A program made the position numbers and the translations under genes. From NCBI GenBank assembly GCA_024679065.1, contig JAGIQG010000025.1, positions 26,536,001 through 26,600,000 on the forward strand: a stretch of 64,000 bases of DNA, given 5' to 3'. The notes below the pieces were generated by a model that was not told the DNA's origin, did not search any database, and saw only the letters and a program-made list of their open reading frames with translations. Source of the DNA: Sphyrna mokarran (Eukaryota). Positions 49,522-63,000 of the stretch are shown one piece after another (position 1 is the first letter of the stretch; every line of letters starts with the position of its first letter).

Positions 49522-50240
49522 AATACGGTGGCACAGTGGTTAGCACTGCTGCATCACAGCACCACTCAGGTTCGATTCCAGCCTTAGATGATTGCTTATG
49601 TAAAGCTTACACGTTTTCTCTTTGTCTGCATGTGTTTCCTTGGGTGCTCCGGTTTCCTCCTACAGTCCAAAGATATACAGGTTAGGTGGATTAGGTGCCA
49701 TGTTAAATTGTCACTTAGTATCCAAAAACCTCTAGGTTAGGGGGAATTAATGGGATAAACAGGAGAGTGAACCTGGATAAAATGGTCTGTCAAAGAGTCA
49801 GTGCAGATCCAATGGGTCAAATGATCTCCTTCTGCATTGCAGGGATTGAATGATTCTATATGAATTGGGGATTTTTGGGGAAAACAGGGACTTGATCATG
49901 AACCTTTTGATGAGTCGTGACTGACATGGTAGCACAGATGAGCAGCACAGTGGTTAGCACTGCTGCCCCACAGTGCCAGGGATCTGCGTTTGATTCCTGG
50001 TTTGGGTCACTGTCTGTGTGGAGTCTGCACATTCTCATTGTGTTTGCGTGGCTTTCCTTCAGGCGCTCCAGTTTCCTTCAACAGTCCGAAAAATGTGCTG
50101 GTTAGGTGCATTAGCGGCACTAAAATTCTCCCTCAGTGTATCGGAACAGGCGCTGGAGTGTGACGACTTGGGGATTTTCACAGTAACTTCATTGGAGTGT
50201 TAATGTAAGCCTGCTTGTGACACCAATAAATAAACTTCAA
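49522..50240 (+). mobile_element. Tandem V-SINEs: type 1 at 49522-49860 and type 2 at 49921-50240
   Basis: Both have head, core and distinct tails. Confidence 0.88.
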
Positions 50241-51300
50241 TAGTTAAAATGTATTTTAGAAGCTGGTTGCTTGACGCCATTGTAACAGAATTTGATGATA
50301 GCAGGGCATCTAGTGTCTGTTGTTGTTTAGACTTGCTCCTGCATCGTTGAACTCAAAAAAACATTTGCCCACAAAATTGCTGACGGTGAGCTGATCATAA
50401 CACAGGGAAGGCAGCAGGACATGAGTGAATATAGCAACCAGTGAGATTGTCAACAAACAGGTATAGAAAATAAATGAAGGCGGGACAAAAAGAAAGATTT
50501 GATTAGGCGAGTAAGAAAAAGCAATGAAGTATTGTAATAAAAGATTTAAATTAAAATTTGATATTCTTCAAAATGCTCTGAAAAATTCTAAACCTGAAGA
50601 TTTAGAATTCTAAACCGATTTCCTCCTACACTCCAAAGATGTGCAGGTTAGGTTGATTGGCCAAACTAAATTGTCCTTTTGTGTCCAAAGATGTGCAGGT
50701 TAGGGGATAAATATGTAGGGTTATGGGAATAGGTCTGATAAAATGCTCTTTCTGAGAGTCAGTGCAGACCCGATGGGCTGAATGGTTTCCTTCTTGTAGG
50801 GATTGTATAATTCTATGAAGGAAACTTTGTCACTTGTAATAGTTTTGGTTCGAGGAGAGCTCGGATGTAATTAGCTGTAAACACGTTTAAAAGTATCTGT
50901 CTGCTTGTAATGTCAAGACTTCGCCTTCTGTGGCAAATATAGCAAGTTCATAAAAAATACATGTCAGCTAAGGGCGAGATCGAATTTGCTGAAAGCTAAT
51001 AGCGGAGCAGCACGATGTGGACAGTAACATTTAGATATACAATTAAACCACACATTCTGCTCCTCCTCTGAAGTTGCTGTGCTGATTATCCATAACAAGC
51101 TGCATATGCTGTTAGCCTTTCTGCTACTTTGACAGCAAGTTGTGAATCTATAGCTCACTTTTGCTAATGCTATTTAACCCTGTCAATCTAGTGAAAGCAG
51201 TGAGTAGTTATCTTTAACGGTTCTTTCATTAATTCTCTTTATCCCAGTCTTCTCTGTTAAAAGCATTTAAAATATAGAACATAGATATAGAATATATCCA

Positions 51301-52370
51301 GGGGCGATTCTCCCAAAAAATTCCAAGTGCTGAATTCATGTGAAAGCTGGAATAACTTGCACCAATTTTTTTAAAATGGGATTTTCAGAATGAATCTTCC
51401 TTATTGCACACTGTCCAAGCAGGATTCAATCTGAAAATCAGTGGGCAGTGCCTATTCCCATTGGAGAGCCGGCAGCATAGTGCTGAGTGGGCAACTGTGC
51501 ATGTGCTAGCCTGTCAGTGCTGATAATGGTGCATGCGCAGTAGCCCCAGACGGTCAGCCTCCCAGTTGCTGGCCAGCCTCATGAACCCTGCATTACTCTC
51601 CCCCACTCACTGAGTACTGGCCTCTTGGACCTCTCTGTGCCAGCCCCGATGCCTGCCCCACACTCCGCCAGCCCCGAACTCCCAACTTTCACCTTCCCCC
51701 TGAAGTCCTAACCCCTGCACGCTCCCAACAGCCCCGACCTAAGCCCCACTGACAGTGTTAACCCCTCACCTGTAGCCCAAACCCAACCCCCTGAAGCAGG
51801 CAGACTTGCTGCAATCCAGATGGCCAGCCCTGGTTACCCACTTTCCTTCCTCTGCCATCAATTCTTACGCAGAGTGGCGACAAGACTTCATACCTCCGTC
51901 GATTGGCCTCCAGTAGCTTCTGCTCCAATAAGCCCACTCTAAATAGGTCCTGTCCCATTGGCACAGCCCACTCCCTGATGCTCCTTGGGCATTGCCAGTT
52001 TGTCCCTTGGGCAGTGCCAGAGGACCAGGCTGGCATTGCCAATCTGGCACTCCAGCAGTGCACCTCCCTTCCCCTCAACCTCATGGAGGGGGGGCCTCCA
52101 TGGCTTCTGTTCCTCCAGTGGAGTCAGACCACCTGTTCCCTGTTACTGGGAAGCAATACTTAACTCCACTGGAGTGAAGCAGTCCTGGTGGGGAAACAGT
52201 AGCAGGCATGGAGACTTCAGTCCCTGGGCCACTAATGGGATTTAAATTCCAAATTTAAATATGGAAATCATATGATGACTCCAAAAAACTGGAGCCGGAG
52301 GTGCGTGGAGGCTGTGACACCCAGCATGGATCCTGCTAAATAGACTCTGCTGATGTCTCCTGGCCCTCAT
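51301..52370. mobile_element. Large Harbinger-MITE-like element
   Basis: Starts GGGGCGATTCTCCC, C-rich interior with TGGCA/TGCCA repeats. Right end uncertain. Confidence 0.5.
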
Positions 52371-52437
52371 CTTTTTTTGCTCTGGATGGTAATTTGCTAT
52401 AGTAAGGCATCTAACGGTATTTGGAGTTGGTTTGCCT

Positions 52438-53760
52438 TGTCACAGAACCATAAAATCCTTACAGTGAAGAAGGAGGCCATTTTAGCCCATCAAGCCTTCA
52501 CCCATGACAATTCTACCCAGGCCCTGTCCCTGTAATCCCACACATTTACACTGCTCATCCCCTGACACTAAGGGACAATTTAGTATGGCCAATCAACCTA
52601 ACTTGCACATTTTTGGACAGTGAGGAAATCAGGGCACTTGGAAGAAACCCATACAGACGGGGAAAGAACATGCAAACTGCACACAGTCACCAAGGCTGGA
52701 ATTGAACCCAGGTCCCTGGCACTGTGAGGCAGCAGTGCTAATCACTGTGCCACCATGTCACCCCTTGTATATTTAAGTTTTAGTTTTTTAAGCAACATAA
52801 CCCTCGAGTGTGCTGATTAGGAAACGGGGTTGTTCATAAATGGTTGAAACCAGAGTAAAACAAAAAGACAAATTTGTTATAGAAATGGAGAAATTAGAAC
52901 AAATAAATCAATGTAATGTTCTTGCTGTAGTTGTTGGTTTGAACCCACCTAGAGTACTCTCTGCTCTTCCAAAGTATCTTATTGCCTTTAAGCCATTATG
53001 GGGGGATGTCAACAATTTAAGAGCAATGGTTAAGAAATTGATTGTGTCCTATATGAATAAAGTGTTGAGCTGAAGGAACTGGGGCAGTCCAGTGGCACGG
53101 AGGTTAGCATTGCTGTCTCACAGCCCCAGAGATCCAGATTCAATTCCAGTCTCGGGCCACTGTCTGTATGGAGTTTGCATCTTCTCCCTGTGTCTGCATG
53201 AGTTTCTTCTAGGTGCTCCAGTTTCTTCCTACAGTCCAGAGATGTGTGGGTTAGGTTGATTGGCTATGTTAAATTGACCCTAGTTTTGGGGAGCTTGGCT
53301 GAGTAAATATGTGGGGTTACAGGGATAGAGTGGGATTGTTGTCAGTGCAGGCTCAATGGGCCAGATAGCCTCCTTCTGTACTGTATGAGTTCTATGGACT
53401 GTGAGATTTCTTGATGAAAGAGATTGACAAAATTTATTTTCACTATTCGTTTTGATTAAAGCTCAAATATATTGGACAAGACAAAATGTTTCAGGTCTTT
53501 AGTGTAAGATAAGGATGGTGTGGTGACACAGTGATTAGTAGTGTTGCCTCTCAGTGCAGGTTAGGTGGATTAGCCATGCTAAAATTACTCCTTAATGTCC
53601 AAAGCTGTTTGGTTAGATGGATTAGCTATGCCAAATGTGTGGAGGTTACATGCATAGAGCGGGCAAGAGAGCCTGGGTAAGACACCCTGTCAGAGAGTTG
53701 GTGTAGACTCAATGGGCTGAATGGCCTTTTCTGTACTGGATGGATTCTATGATTCTATAA
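52438..53760. mobile_element. Three type 1 V-SINEs: minus 52438-52765, plus 53080-53400, plus 53512-53760
   Basis: Heads, cores and CR1-type tails. Confidence 0.85.
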
Positions 53761-55499
53761 CAAATGAAGAGACTAGATTTTTCGCTTGTAGTAAAATTAT
53801 TTAATGTTACCAGGGAGAGTGCAAGGTAACGAGCAACTCGAACAATGGACAGCCTAGCCAATTCCTCATGATTTGTGGCATTATCATTACTGGATCACCT
53901 ACCACCTATATCCTTGTGATTTCCGTTGACCAAAGCTCAACTAAATTATCCATATAAACACTGTGACTACCACAATAGGTCAAAACCTGGGTACTTTTTG
54001 TAGGTACCGGTTCAACTAATTTTTTTGATCTATATCTAAGAAACTCTGATAGTTGTATTTATGTAGCAGATACAGCTGTGTATTTAGTACAGTGGTAGAT
54101 TTCGGAGCAACTGGCATTGGGTGCCCTCCATGTCTCTGCAATGTGTCAGGAGCATATTGTTAAAACAGTCCTGGGGCTCAGGCCATGCTGTTGGGGGCAC
54201 AATGAACAAACTGTCCCGGAGCTGTGCAGGCTCTGTTAGTGAGCTGTGTTTGGCACACACATCTTGTTCCCTTGCCAGGCATGGTCACTCACTTTAGTTG
54301 GTTCTGGGTTAGATTCATGGCACCGTGAGGCAGATGACACTGTCATGCTCAGACAAGTCATCTGGTTCCTGTCATAATAATTCCCAATAGTGATGACTAT
54401 TGGGTGGTCTGATGGTGGTGGGATTCCCATAAAGGCAGAGAAGCCTTGAGAAGGGAAGGATTCAGGTTACCCAGGGATAGTGAGCCTGGAGGAGTACAGA
54501 AGGAACTTGGTGGATAATTGAGGGAGATTGGAATTTGGTCTCCAAGACAAAATCAACAGCACCATTTTTAAGCTCACTTTACAATGACAGTTTGAAAATC
54601 AAGGTGAAAAATAATCATTGGAAAGATTATCTGGGCACATGGGAGGATTTCAGCACAGCAATATTTGGCCAATTGAAGGGGCATCCTATAACCATCCTGC
54701 TCAAAGCATGCAGAGCATGACTCAGCTGAGTGCTGAACTCCAGGGTTTCATGTACAGTGCATACGCTTGGCTCCTTTACCAATGGCGCACATTCAGGTGA
54801 GAAAACATGTTCAATTGCTGCAGAGCATCATGTTTTAATTGGCATCTGATCCTTACAGAGGTATGTGAGAATGGATATAGGGTCAAAAAGTCACATCTGC
54901 AGTGCAGAAGCAACATGGACCTTACAAACCTTCATGTTCCCTTCATAGCATCCAGGGGATCATGCTTGCAGTCAGGGTATTTGTGCAAGGATTGGGTATT
55001 CATAGAATCCTACAGTGCAGAAGGAAGCTACTCATCCCATGGAGTCTGCACCAGTCACAATCTCACCCAAGCCCTATCCCCATGCACTTACCCTATTTAG
55101 TCCCCCTTGATACTAAGGGGCAATTTAGCAAGGCTAACCCACCCAATCTGCACATCTTTGGGCTATGGGAGGAAATCAGAGCACCCAGAGGAAATCCAGA
55201 ATACCTGGGTATTGATAGTCATTGTCAAGGCCTCTTGAGGACAACCAACACAAAGCTGACTCTGGCTCCTTGGACTTGGATCTTTTGTCCCTAATGAAGA
55301 CCCTCACTGTGACTGGGTAATCACATCCAAGGGAAAAGCTCTACCATGTGTCATTCTTCACAGCAATCCTGCAGCGGTGGCCCTGGTATGTAATATGCCG
55401 AGACTCGAGGGCCAGAGACCGCATTCCTGCCTTATATATGGAGATCATTTCATAAGAAGTCCCATTGGTTGTTCAATTGTATCAGTTCACAGATACAAA

Positions 55500-56760
55500 G
55501 AGGAATGGAGAATGCAAGCAACACTGCCTTCATGATAGCTTTGATTAGAACAAGGAGAAAAAGGGTCTATTGCCAATGGACACAGCTCAGGCATGACCAG
55601 TGTCTTGAGGAACACGAGCCAATGGGGCCCGAGGAAATCCCAGATATTGATGAGGAGCGGCTGAGTCCACAAAAATGTGGACCGAAGGTCTACAGAAGAA
55701 GCAGCTCCTACATGGAGATGAGCTAAAGACAATGCCGCAGGGACCTTCACTTGTCTAGGCCTCTGAGAGCTGTGGTTCCCAGTCTGTGAAGGCCTGAACT
55801 TTGTTAAAGATAAGTATGATTTCCTCCATCTGGTGTCCTTAACAATTTGGGCAAAGGAACCAGGTAGACATATTTTGAGGTGCCATAGATATTTGAGGGA
55901 GCTTGGGGCTTACTGGGTTGGCTCCTTGATGGCAAGCCCCCCCCCCTCCCCATAGGCATGGCTAATGATACCTATTTGTCATGCACAGAGGGAATCTGAG
56001 GAGTGGTACAATTCTGCACACACAGCCACAAGGTCCTCAATAGAATATTGGCCTCTGAATGATGCATTTTTAATTTGATTTATTATTGTCACATGTATTA
56101 TCATACAGTGAAAAGTATTGTTTCTTGCGTGCTAAATAGACAAAGCATACCATTCATAGAGAAGGAAAGGAGAGAGTGAAGAATGTAGTATTGCAGTCAC
56201 AGCTAGAGTCTAGTGAAAAATTAAATTGCGAGGTAGGTCCATTCAAAAGTCTGATGGCAGCAGGGAAGAAGCTGTTTTTGAGTCAGTTGGTCCGTGACTC
56301 AGGCTTTTGTAGGTTTTACCAAAGGAAAAAGATAGAAGAGAGAATGTGTGGGATCCTTAATTAGGCTGGCTGCTTTGCTGAAGCAATGGCAAGTGTAGAC
56401 AGAGTTAGTGAAGGCAGGCTGGTTTGCCTGATGGATTGGGCTACATTCATGACCTTTTGTAGATCCTTGCAGTCTTGGACAGAGCAGGACCTAAACCAAG
56501 CAGTGATACAGCCAGAAAGAGTGCTTTCTAAAGTGGACTGTTCAGGCAAAGCTCTCCAATACTCGCTGCAGAGTGCCTCCCACATCATGATTGTTCACAT
56601 GGGATTTATTGCCACAGAGAGACATAGAGGAATGAAACGTCTCCTTGGATGAAAAGGACATTGAAGAGAATGAGTCAGGAAGAGGTAATTACGTGCGCAC
56701 GATGCGGTAGACATACCAGTGACAATATCATAGCTACAGGATTCCAGGAGGTACAAGGTG
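55500..56760 (+). mobile_element. Harbinger transposase fragments (N-terminal about 55500-55770, C-terminal about 56535-56760)
   Basis: KVYRRSSSYMEMS*RQCRRDLHLSR and DCSGKALQYSLQSASHIMIV resemble Harbinger RVYR.R..YL.MSE.QC.RRLR and DRSGGALQYSP..V..II. Confidence 0.6.
56072..56530 (-). mobile_element. Rex1/Babar-like LINE 3' end
   Basis: ESTLSGCITAWFRSCSVQDCKDLQKVMNVAQSI; tail CATGTGACAATAATAAATCAAA, also seen at about 2605-2653. Confidence 0.8.
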
Positions 56761-57619
56761 TAGACAAGTTTTTATGAGCGTTGACCTTTTTCATGCTTGC
56801 TGCAGAGGACACAGTGGCTGGAATTTTATGATCTTGTTCGAGGCGAGGCTCATAAAATCACGCTTGAGGCCAAAGGAGAATTCCGTTCTGCAAGGCTTAT
56901 CTGCTGTGGAATCGGAACAGGACTGCCAGTAAAATTCCAACTAACAATTCCATTCTGGTCACCTCCAATAGGTAACAAAAGGTCATTAATCTCACATTGA
57001 TCCCAGAGGTAGCATCAATCACATTTAATTAAAGCAAAATACTGCAGAAGCTGAATATCTGAAATAAAAACAAAGTACTGGAAAAGATCAGTCAGGCTGG
57101 CTGTAATCATGGGGTTAACGTTTTGAGTCTGGATGACTCTTTCTTAGAACTAGAACATTTAACCCTAATGATTGGGTAATCCTGGGAAGACTCAGTAGTC
57201 TGACCTTGTGGCCAATGTGAAATGTGCTTATCACCCCATGAGTGCAAATCTGTAAGCAATAACTCATAGTGCAGTCCTTCCAGCCAAGGTAGCAACAAGT
57301 CAGCGCTCAAGGCATCCTTCAAGAGGTCAAAGCACATATTGATGTACTTGAGCCAACGTGACAGCAGCTTAGCAAGCTGGCTCTGAGACCTAAAAACACT
57401 CATAGAGCCAGGGACCCAGGTTTGATTCTTGGCTTGGGTCACATTCTCTCTGTGTCTGCGTGGGTTTCCTCCAAATTTTTACAGTAACTTCATTACAGTG
57501 TAAATGTAAGCCTACTCGTAACACTAAAAAATAAACTTTAAACTTTACTGTAACAGTTAAACAACAGTGCACCCTGGTGCCTTCAAAACCTCTTAATTTT
57601 CCTAATCCTACCATTACAT

Positions 57620-59340
57620 CTGTGTATAGCCCCGACAGCCTCAGCAGAGGTAGAGGCAGCCTTCTGACTGTTATGCCCTCTTCTCTGCGATGACCTTGGC
57701 AGGTGTTCTCTGGAGGCCTGAGGCCTGGACAGGCCCAGCCTACTGGGGGTCTCCTACTATGAAACAGGGATACATTCTCCTCAACCTGGCCTGCTGGAGT
57801 TGTTGGGAGTCAAAGCAGAGGGGATTTTGAGCAACGGGATGTTGAGCCCCCAGTGTGTCTGGCTGAAGCTCTTCCTCCCTTTGGGTGACTGCAGGCTCCT
57901 TTCTGACTCCTTGAGGAGAAAGGGCAACTAGAGCGAAGTCATGGTGCTCCGTCACACTCTCATCTTGTCACTGCTGGAAAGCAGCATTGTGAGAGCAACA
58001 GGTCCAAGTGCAAACCCGGCAGAAACCGAAGGCCTTCACTCTTCGCTTTGGAGACTTTGATGCCTTTGCATGCTGGAGCCTGACATCAGACAGAACGGGA
58101 ACAGACTCCTCCATCCTTTGTTCCAGTTCGCCGACAGCATTTGATAACATTGCCCGAGGTTCCCCTTGCCTCTGCTTGCATCTCTGACATTTTCTCTGAG
58201 GGTCAATTCCAGAGGCTTGTCACGGTTCTCGGACTCTGCAGGTACTCAGTCTCCAGCAGTCCTCAGGGTGTCAAAGACCATGACTGCCTCTGCCTCCACC
58301 TGCTGTGGAAACAGATTCATGAGGTGACCGCTGGATTTTGACTCTGAGCCTAGTCTAAACAAGATCCGCTGAGTTGCGTATATCTGTGCTGGTAGAGGGT
58401 GCAGGCAAACACGGTGATACGTCTTCCTCAGATGCCTTCTCTGTTTATTTATCTCAGCTGGGCTGTGACTGAGTTATATGTCTGGCATCTTCCTCTGCCT
58501 TTTCTTGCTAATGGCTGGAATAAGGAGAAGAGAAAGTTAGTGCGAGACAGGACAGCCTCTTATATCCTGTGGATCAGTCACTGTCATTGTCCATACAGGA
58601 GTGATCTCTCCCCCCTCACCAGTGAGCTGTGCTTTTTGCCCCTCTGGAGAGGGGACTGCACTCAGCTCTGGGAGGCTGCCCTTTGGTCCTTATTCTGTCC
58701 CCTCAGTTGTGGGCTATCTTGACTAGATTGATGGGTTGATTGTGAGCACAGTGGATATAGGAACATTTTGAAAGTTTGCACATCTGTTATCTCTGCTGAG
58801 TCCTTCCCAGTAAGGAATTAAAATGTGCAGTAAGGAATTAAAATGTAGCAAGCAGACACGCAATGCCAATGTCCCATCTAATGGTTGCGTGAGACACCCC
58901 TGTGGACTTTCACACTCAGGCTGGAATTTTAACGGCATGCTAGCCCCAATTCTAGGAGCCACTCAGCTCGGAGAACGGCATTCTCCTTTGGCCTCGGGCG
59001 AGATCGTGTGAAACTTGAACAGGCGTACTGGTAAAATTCCGCTCTTAGACTGCCTGATACCCTCATGAGAGTGTGAGTTTGGGTTGTGTTGATGTTTCAC
59101 TTGTCCCGATGGAGGAGATCAGATCGCACATTCTTTCCCTGCATCGCAGGGCCATTCTTTATTGTTGGCCATGTGTGCTGATCTCTTGACGATTTCCTTC
59201 CCGGTTGGTAGGTGGGAGGACCTCATGCTCCCATCGCCCGGGAATAGGACATCCCACCTTTCCTGGGTAGCTTGCAGGAGAATTCCCAGGGAGGCCTCCC
59301 TGACCCATGGAATTGAGGGTTTGTTTTGTTTGGTCACCAT
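57620..59340 (-). mobile_element. Harbinger Myb/SANT-like ORF remnants
   Basis: REASLGILLQATQERWDVLFPGDG (about 59230-59305) resembles the Myb/SANT-like start FSD.SLE.LL.AV..RR.VLFP.DG. A coiled-coil-like AVGELEQRMEES lies downstream. Confidence 0.55.
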
Positions 59341-59437
59341 GGTAATGCGGAAGTTTTCAACACACTTGGCCTTCAGTGAGTGAATGTCCGTGTGGGTACC
59401 ATTTAAGTATGGTGTCATATCACTTTGATCTATCAAG

Positions 59438-59757
59438 GTCATAGAATCATAGAATCCCAATAGTGCAAAAGAGGCCATTTGACCCATCAAGTCTGCACTG
59501 ACTCTCCGACAGAGGATTTTACCCAGACCACCCTCCCCACCATGTTATTCACATAATCCCTCACATTTACATGGCAAATCTATCTGACCTACACTTGTTA
59601 GGACACTGAGGGATAATTTACCATGACCAATCCATCTAACCTGCATATTTTAAAATGAGCAATTTAGCATGTCCAGCCACCTACTGTGCACATCGTTGGA
59701 GTATCCCTGGTGGTCCCTGGCGCTGTGATGCAGCGATGTTAACCACTATGCCACCCA
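59438..59757 (-). mobile_element. V-SINE, tail type 1
   Basis: Reverse head and CR1-type tail with internal rearrangement. Confidence 0.75.
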
Positions 59758-60358
59758 AGTAACAGCAGAGTGAATGAATCACTGCCTGACCTACCACAAG
59801 ACTGATATCAATGCATAATTAATGAGCTGATAACAAGAAAATCAGGTGCAAAACTCCACTCTGCTGCCCAGTAGAAATCACGCTGACCTTCCTGCCCATC
59901 GCTATACTTAGGCCGGAATTCTCCAACCTCGGTCACAGCTGGGATTCTTAGGTCCCGCTGCTATGAATGGAGGTTTGGCTGAGCACCGAATTCTCCACTC
60001 TCCCCAGCAGTGATGGCGGGGTGTAAGTAATCAGGAATCCCAATTTTGTCTCCAGAATGGAAACTTCCAGTTTAGATGCCTGTCATTAATATGCAAATGA
60101 GGGTGTGTCAGCTTGCTGCAGTAAGGAAAGCAGGTGTTGGAAGTTTATCCTTACACATCATGATCGAAGATAATTCATTGTGAGCTGACAAAGCATTGTT
60201 TATGAAGTTCCCTTGATTTACAGGAGCAAGTTGTTGTAATGATTGGAAGTTTGCATGTGTGACGTGACTGAAGAAATTTGATGGTTAATGTATGTAAGTG
60301 TCAGGGTTATTTACCATACTTAGTACTTTATGAGAAATTATTTGCTCTTGTCTTCCAG

Positions 60359-60395
60359 GATTGCTGGAGAAAGTATTGGGCAAACTGCTGTTAAG
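60359..60395 (+). CDS. WHRN: Whirlin 37-nt exon (equivalent to exon 5)
   Basis: Acceptor ttgctcttgtcttccag| and donor AAG|gtagga. The first G completes the split Gly codon (GG+G), then IAGESIGQTAVK, 12 aa ending in K like the recalled human FLGDLTTEGINK. Missed by the ORF track because it is short. Confidence 0.85.
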
Positions 60396-60534
60396 GTAGG
60401 ACTAAATGTCACTTTTTCTGTTTGTGATTAATTAATCATTTCAGGTATTAATACAAGTCTCTGATAATTACAAATATTGGTACAGTGGAATGTTTGACAT
60501 TGGTTTCCTGAAGATAAATGTCAGAAATACGTTT

Positions 60535-61355
60535 TTAAAATTTGTTCATGGGATGTGGGTGTTGCTGTCTAGATCAACATTTATTTTCCATCCCTAATTG
60601 CCTTTGATGGAGCATTTTTTTAAGAGACAACCACATTATTATAAGTCTGGAGTCACATGTAGACCAGACCAAGTAAGGACGGCAGATTTCCTTCCCTAAA
60701 GGACATTATTGATTCTTTATAACAATTGAGAATGATTTTGGGGTCATCACTGGATTCTTACTTCCAGATTTTTATTCAAATCAAATTCATCAGCTGCCAT
60801 GGTGAGATTTGTACCCAGATCTCCAGAGTATTACTCCTAGTTTCTGGATTAGTGACAATACCATAATGCTACTGCACCCCCCCCCCCCCCCCCAGAGTGT
60901 GTTGTATAAGATTTGCTATTAAGAAATTCAGGAATTTGTTACAAAGGAGTTATCAAGTTTAGTTAACATTTTGTTCTTTATTCTTCCATGGGGTTTGGGT
61001 ATCACTGGCCTGGCCAGCATTTAATGCTCTTCCTTAGTTGTGTTTGAACGGAGGTGGCTCACGAGGCCATTGTTGTAAATCTGGATTCACATGTAGGCTA
61101 GACCAGGTAAAGATGGCAGATTTCCTCCCCTAAAGGGTATCAATGAACCAGATGGTTTTTTTTATGACAACTGACAATGGTTTCGTGGTCATCATTAGAC
61201 TTTTAATTCCATCATTTACGAGGCAAGTTCTATAGTACAGAATGAGTCATGAAATTTGAATTCCATAAAAAGCCATGGTGGGATTTGAACTCATGTCCCC
61301 AAACTGACTCTTTGGATTACTAGTCAAGCAACATTATTACTTGGCCACTATCTCC
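60535..61355 (-). mobile_element. Two tandem SINE family B copies (60535-60895 and 60975-61355); a further partial copy at 61840-62025
   Basis: Reverse similarity to 941-1300. Confidence 0.8.
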
Positions 61356-62112
61356 TTTGGTCCCTGACTTGTGAGAATAAATGTCATATTTCAACAGCTT
61401 CTGTAGCACATGCTGTATGCACATTACGTGCATGAATTTCCAATTGAATACAACTTTTCTTTCCATTATTCAGTTATTGAGGGATCTTCTGTAACCCTGT
61501 AACTAAGGCACAACCTTCTAAAGTAAACAAAATGAATTATAAATTATAAAAAACAGAAGATGTTGGAAATACTCAGTAGGTCTGGCAGAAGAAGAACCAT
61601 AATTAACATTTCAGATCGATAATCTTTCTTTAGCTGTTTCGAAGGTTAGTATTTTTCAGATGGTGGAGTGTCAGTCATGTCATTGAAGAGTAAATGGGGT
61701 GTGCATTCAGGGTTATATTAGCAGCATTGCCATCATTTATAGTTCTACTGATTGGCTGCAACACTGCAGTGCTTCCAGGAGTGAAGGCCACTATTAAGAC
61801 TACAAGCAGTTCCCAGACTTTAACTTCCAAGGGGTAAACTTTTTTCATTCATGCATGAGGTGTGGCTGGTCAGTATTTATTGCCCATCCCCATTTGCCTT
61901 TGAGAAGGTGGTGGTGACAACTAAGTGGCTTGCTCGGCCATTTCAGAGGGTGGTTGAGAATCAACCACATTGCACTGGTTCTGGAGTCACATGTAGGCCT
62001 GACCAGGTGAGGGCAGCAGATTGGGCAAATTAATTGTGTTCAAACACAGAATATTCATTTTTCTCATACTAATCTGGTTGTCAAAGCAAAAGTGTTTACA
62101 AAACTACTTAAT

Positions 62113-63000
62113 TCATAGAATCATAGAATCCTACATTGTAGAAGGAGGCTTATCGAGCCTGCACTGACAGCAATCCCACCAACACCTATCCCCATAACCC
62201 CACATATTTACCCTCCTAGTCTTCCTGACACTAAGGGGCAATTTATCATTGCCAATCAACTAACTCACGCATCTTTGAACTGTGGGAGGAAACTGAACAT
62301 ATGGAGGAAACCCATGCAGACATGGGGAGAGTTTGCAAACTCCACACAAACAATCCCTCAAGGCTGGAATCGAATCCAGGTTGCTGCTGCTTGTGTACCA
62401 TCTGGCTACCCACACAAAGGCAGAATAGTTAGCAATTATTGTGGAAACGTGTTTATTTGAAAATGCATTGGATATTGTTGGTGTCCTTTCTGGAACTTTT
62501 CAAGATAGGCATCAAAGTTGATTTTAATTATTTAAATTTCATATACTAGTTATAGGAATGTAATGAAGCATCTGGAGACTAATAATAAACGATCTTTCAT
62601 CCAATCATTTTCCCAGTAAAATTAAAGCTTTGCTGTTAATTGTAATGTTGTCAGCCAGTGTGGCAAACACCATTACTCTACATTGACTGAAATCAAGTTT
62701 TATTTTTGGTTCTTTATTTATTTGTCACAAGTAGGATTACATTAACATAGCAATGAAGTTATGGTGAAAATCCCCTAATCGCCACACTCTGGCACCTGAC
62801 GGGTACACTGAGGGGAAATTTAGCTTGGCCAATGCACCTAACCAACACATCTTTCTGACTGTGGGAGGAAACTGGAGCACCCCAAAAAAACCCACACAGA
62901 CACGGGAGAATGTGCAAATTCCACAAAGACTGTGATCCAAGCCAGGAATCAAACCCAGGATCCCAGGCACTGTGAGGCAGCAATGCTAGCCACTGCGCCT
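62113..63000 (-). mobile_element. Two V-SINEs: type 1 at 62113-62385 and type 2 at 62715-63000
   Basis: Reverse cores and tails. Confidence 0.85.

Noticed and set aside
60877-60893. C17 homopolymer (G4-capable on the minus strand)
   Set aside because: Simple expansion at a SINE terminus; the length may be an assembly artefact.
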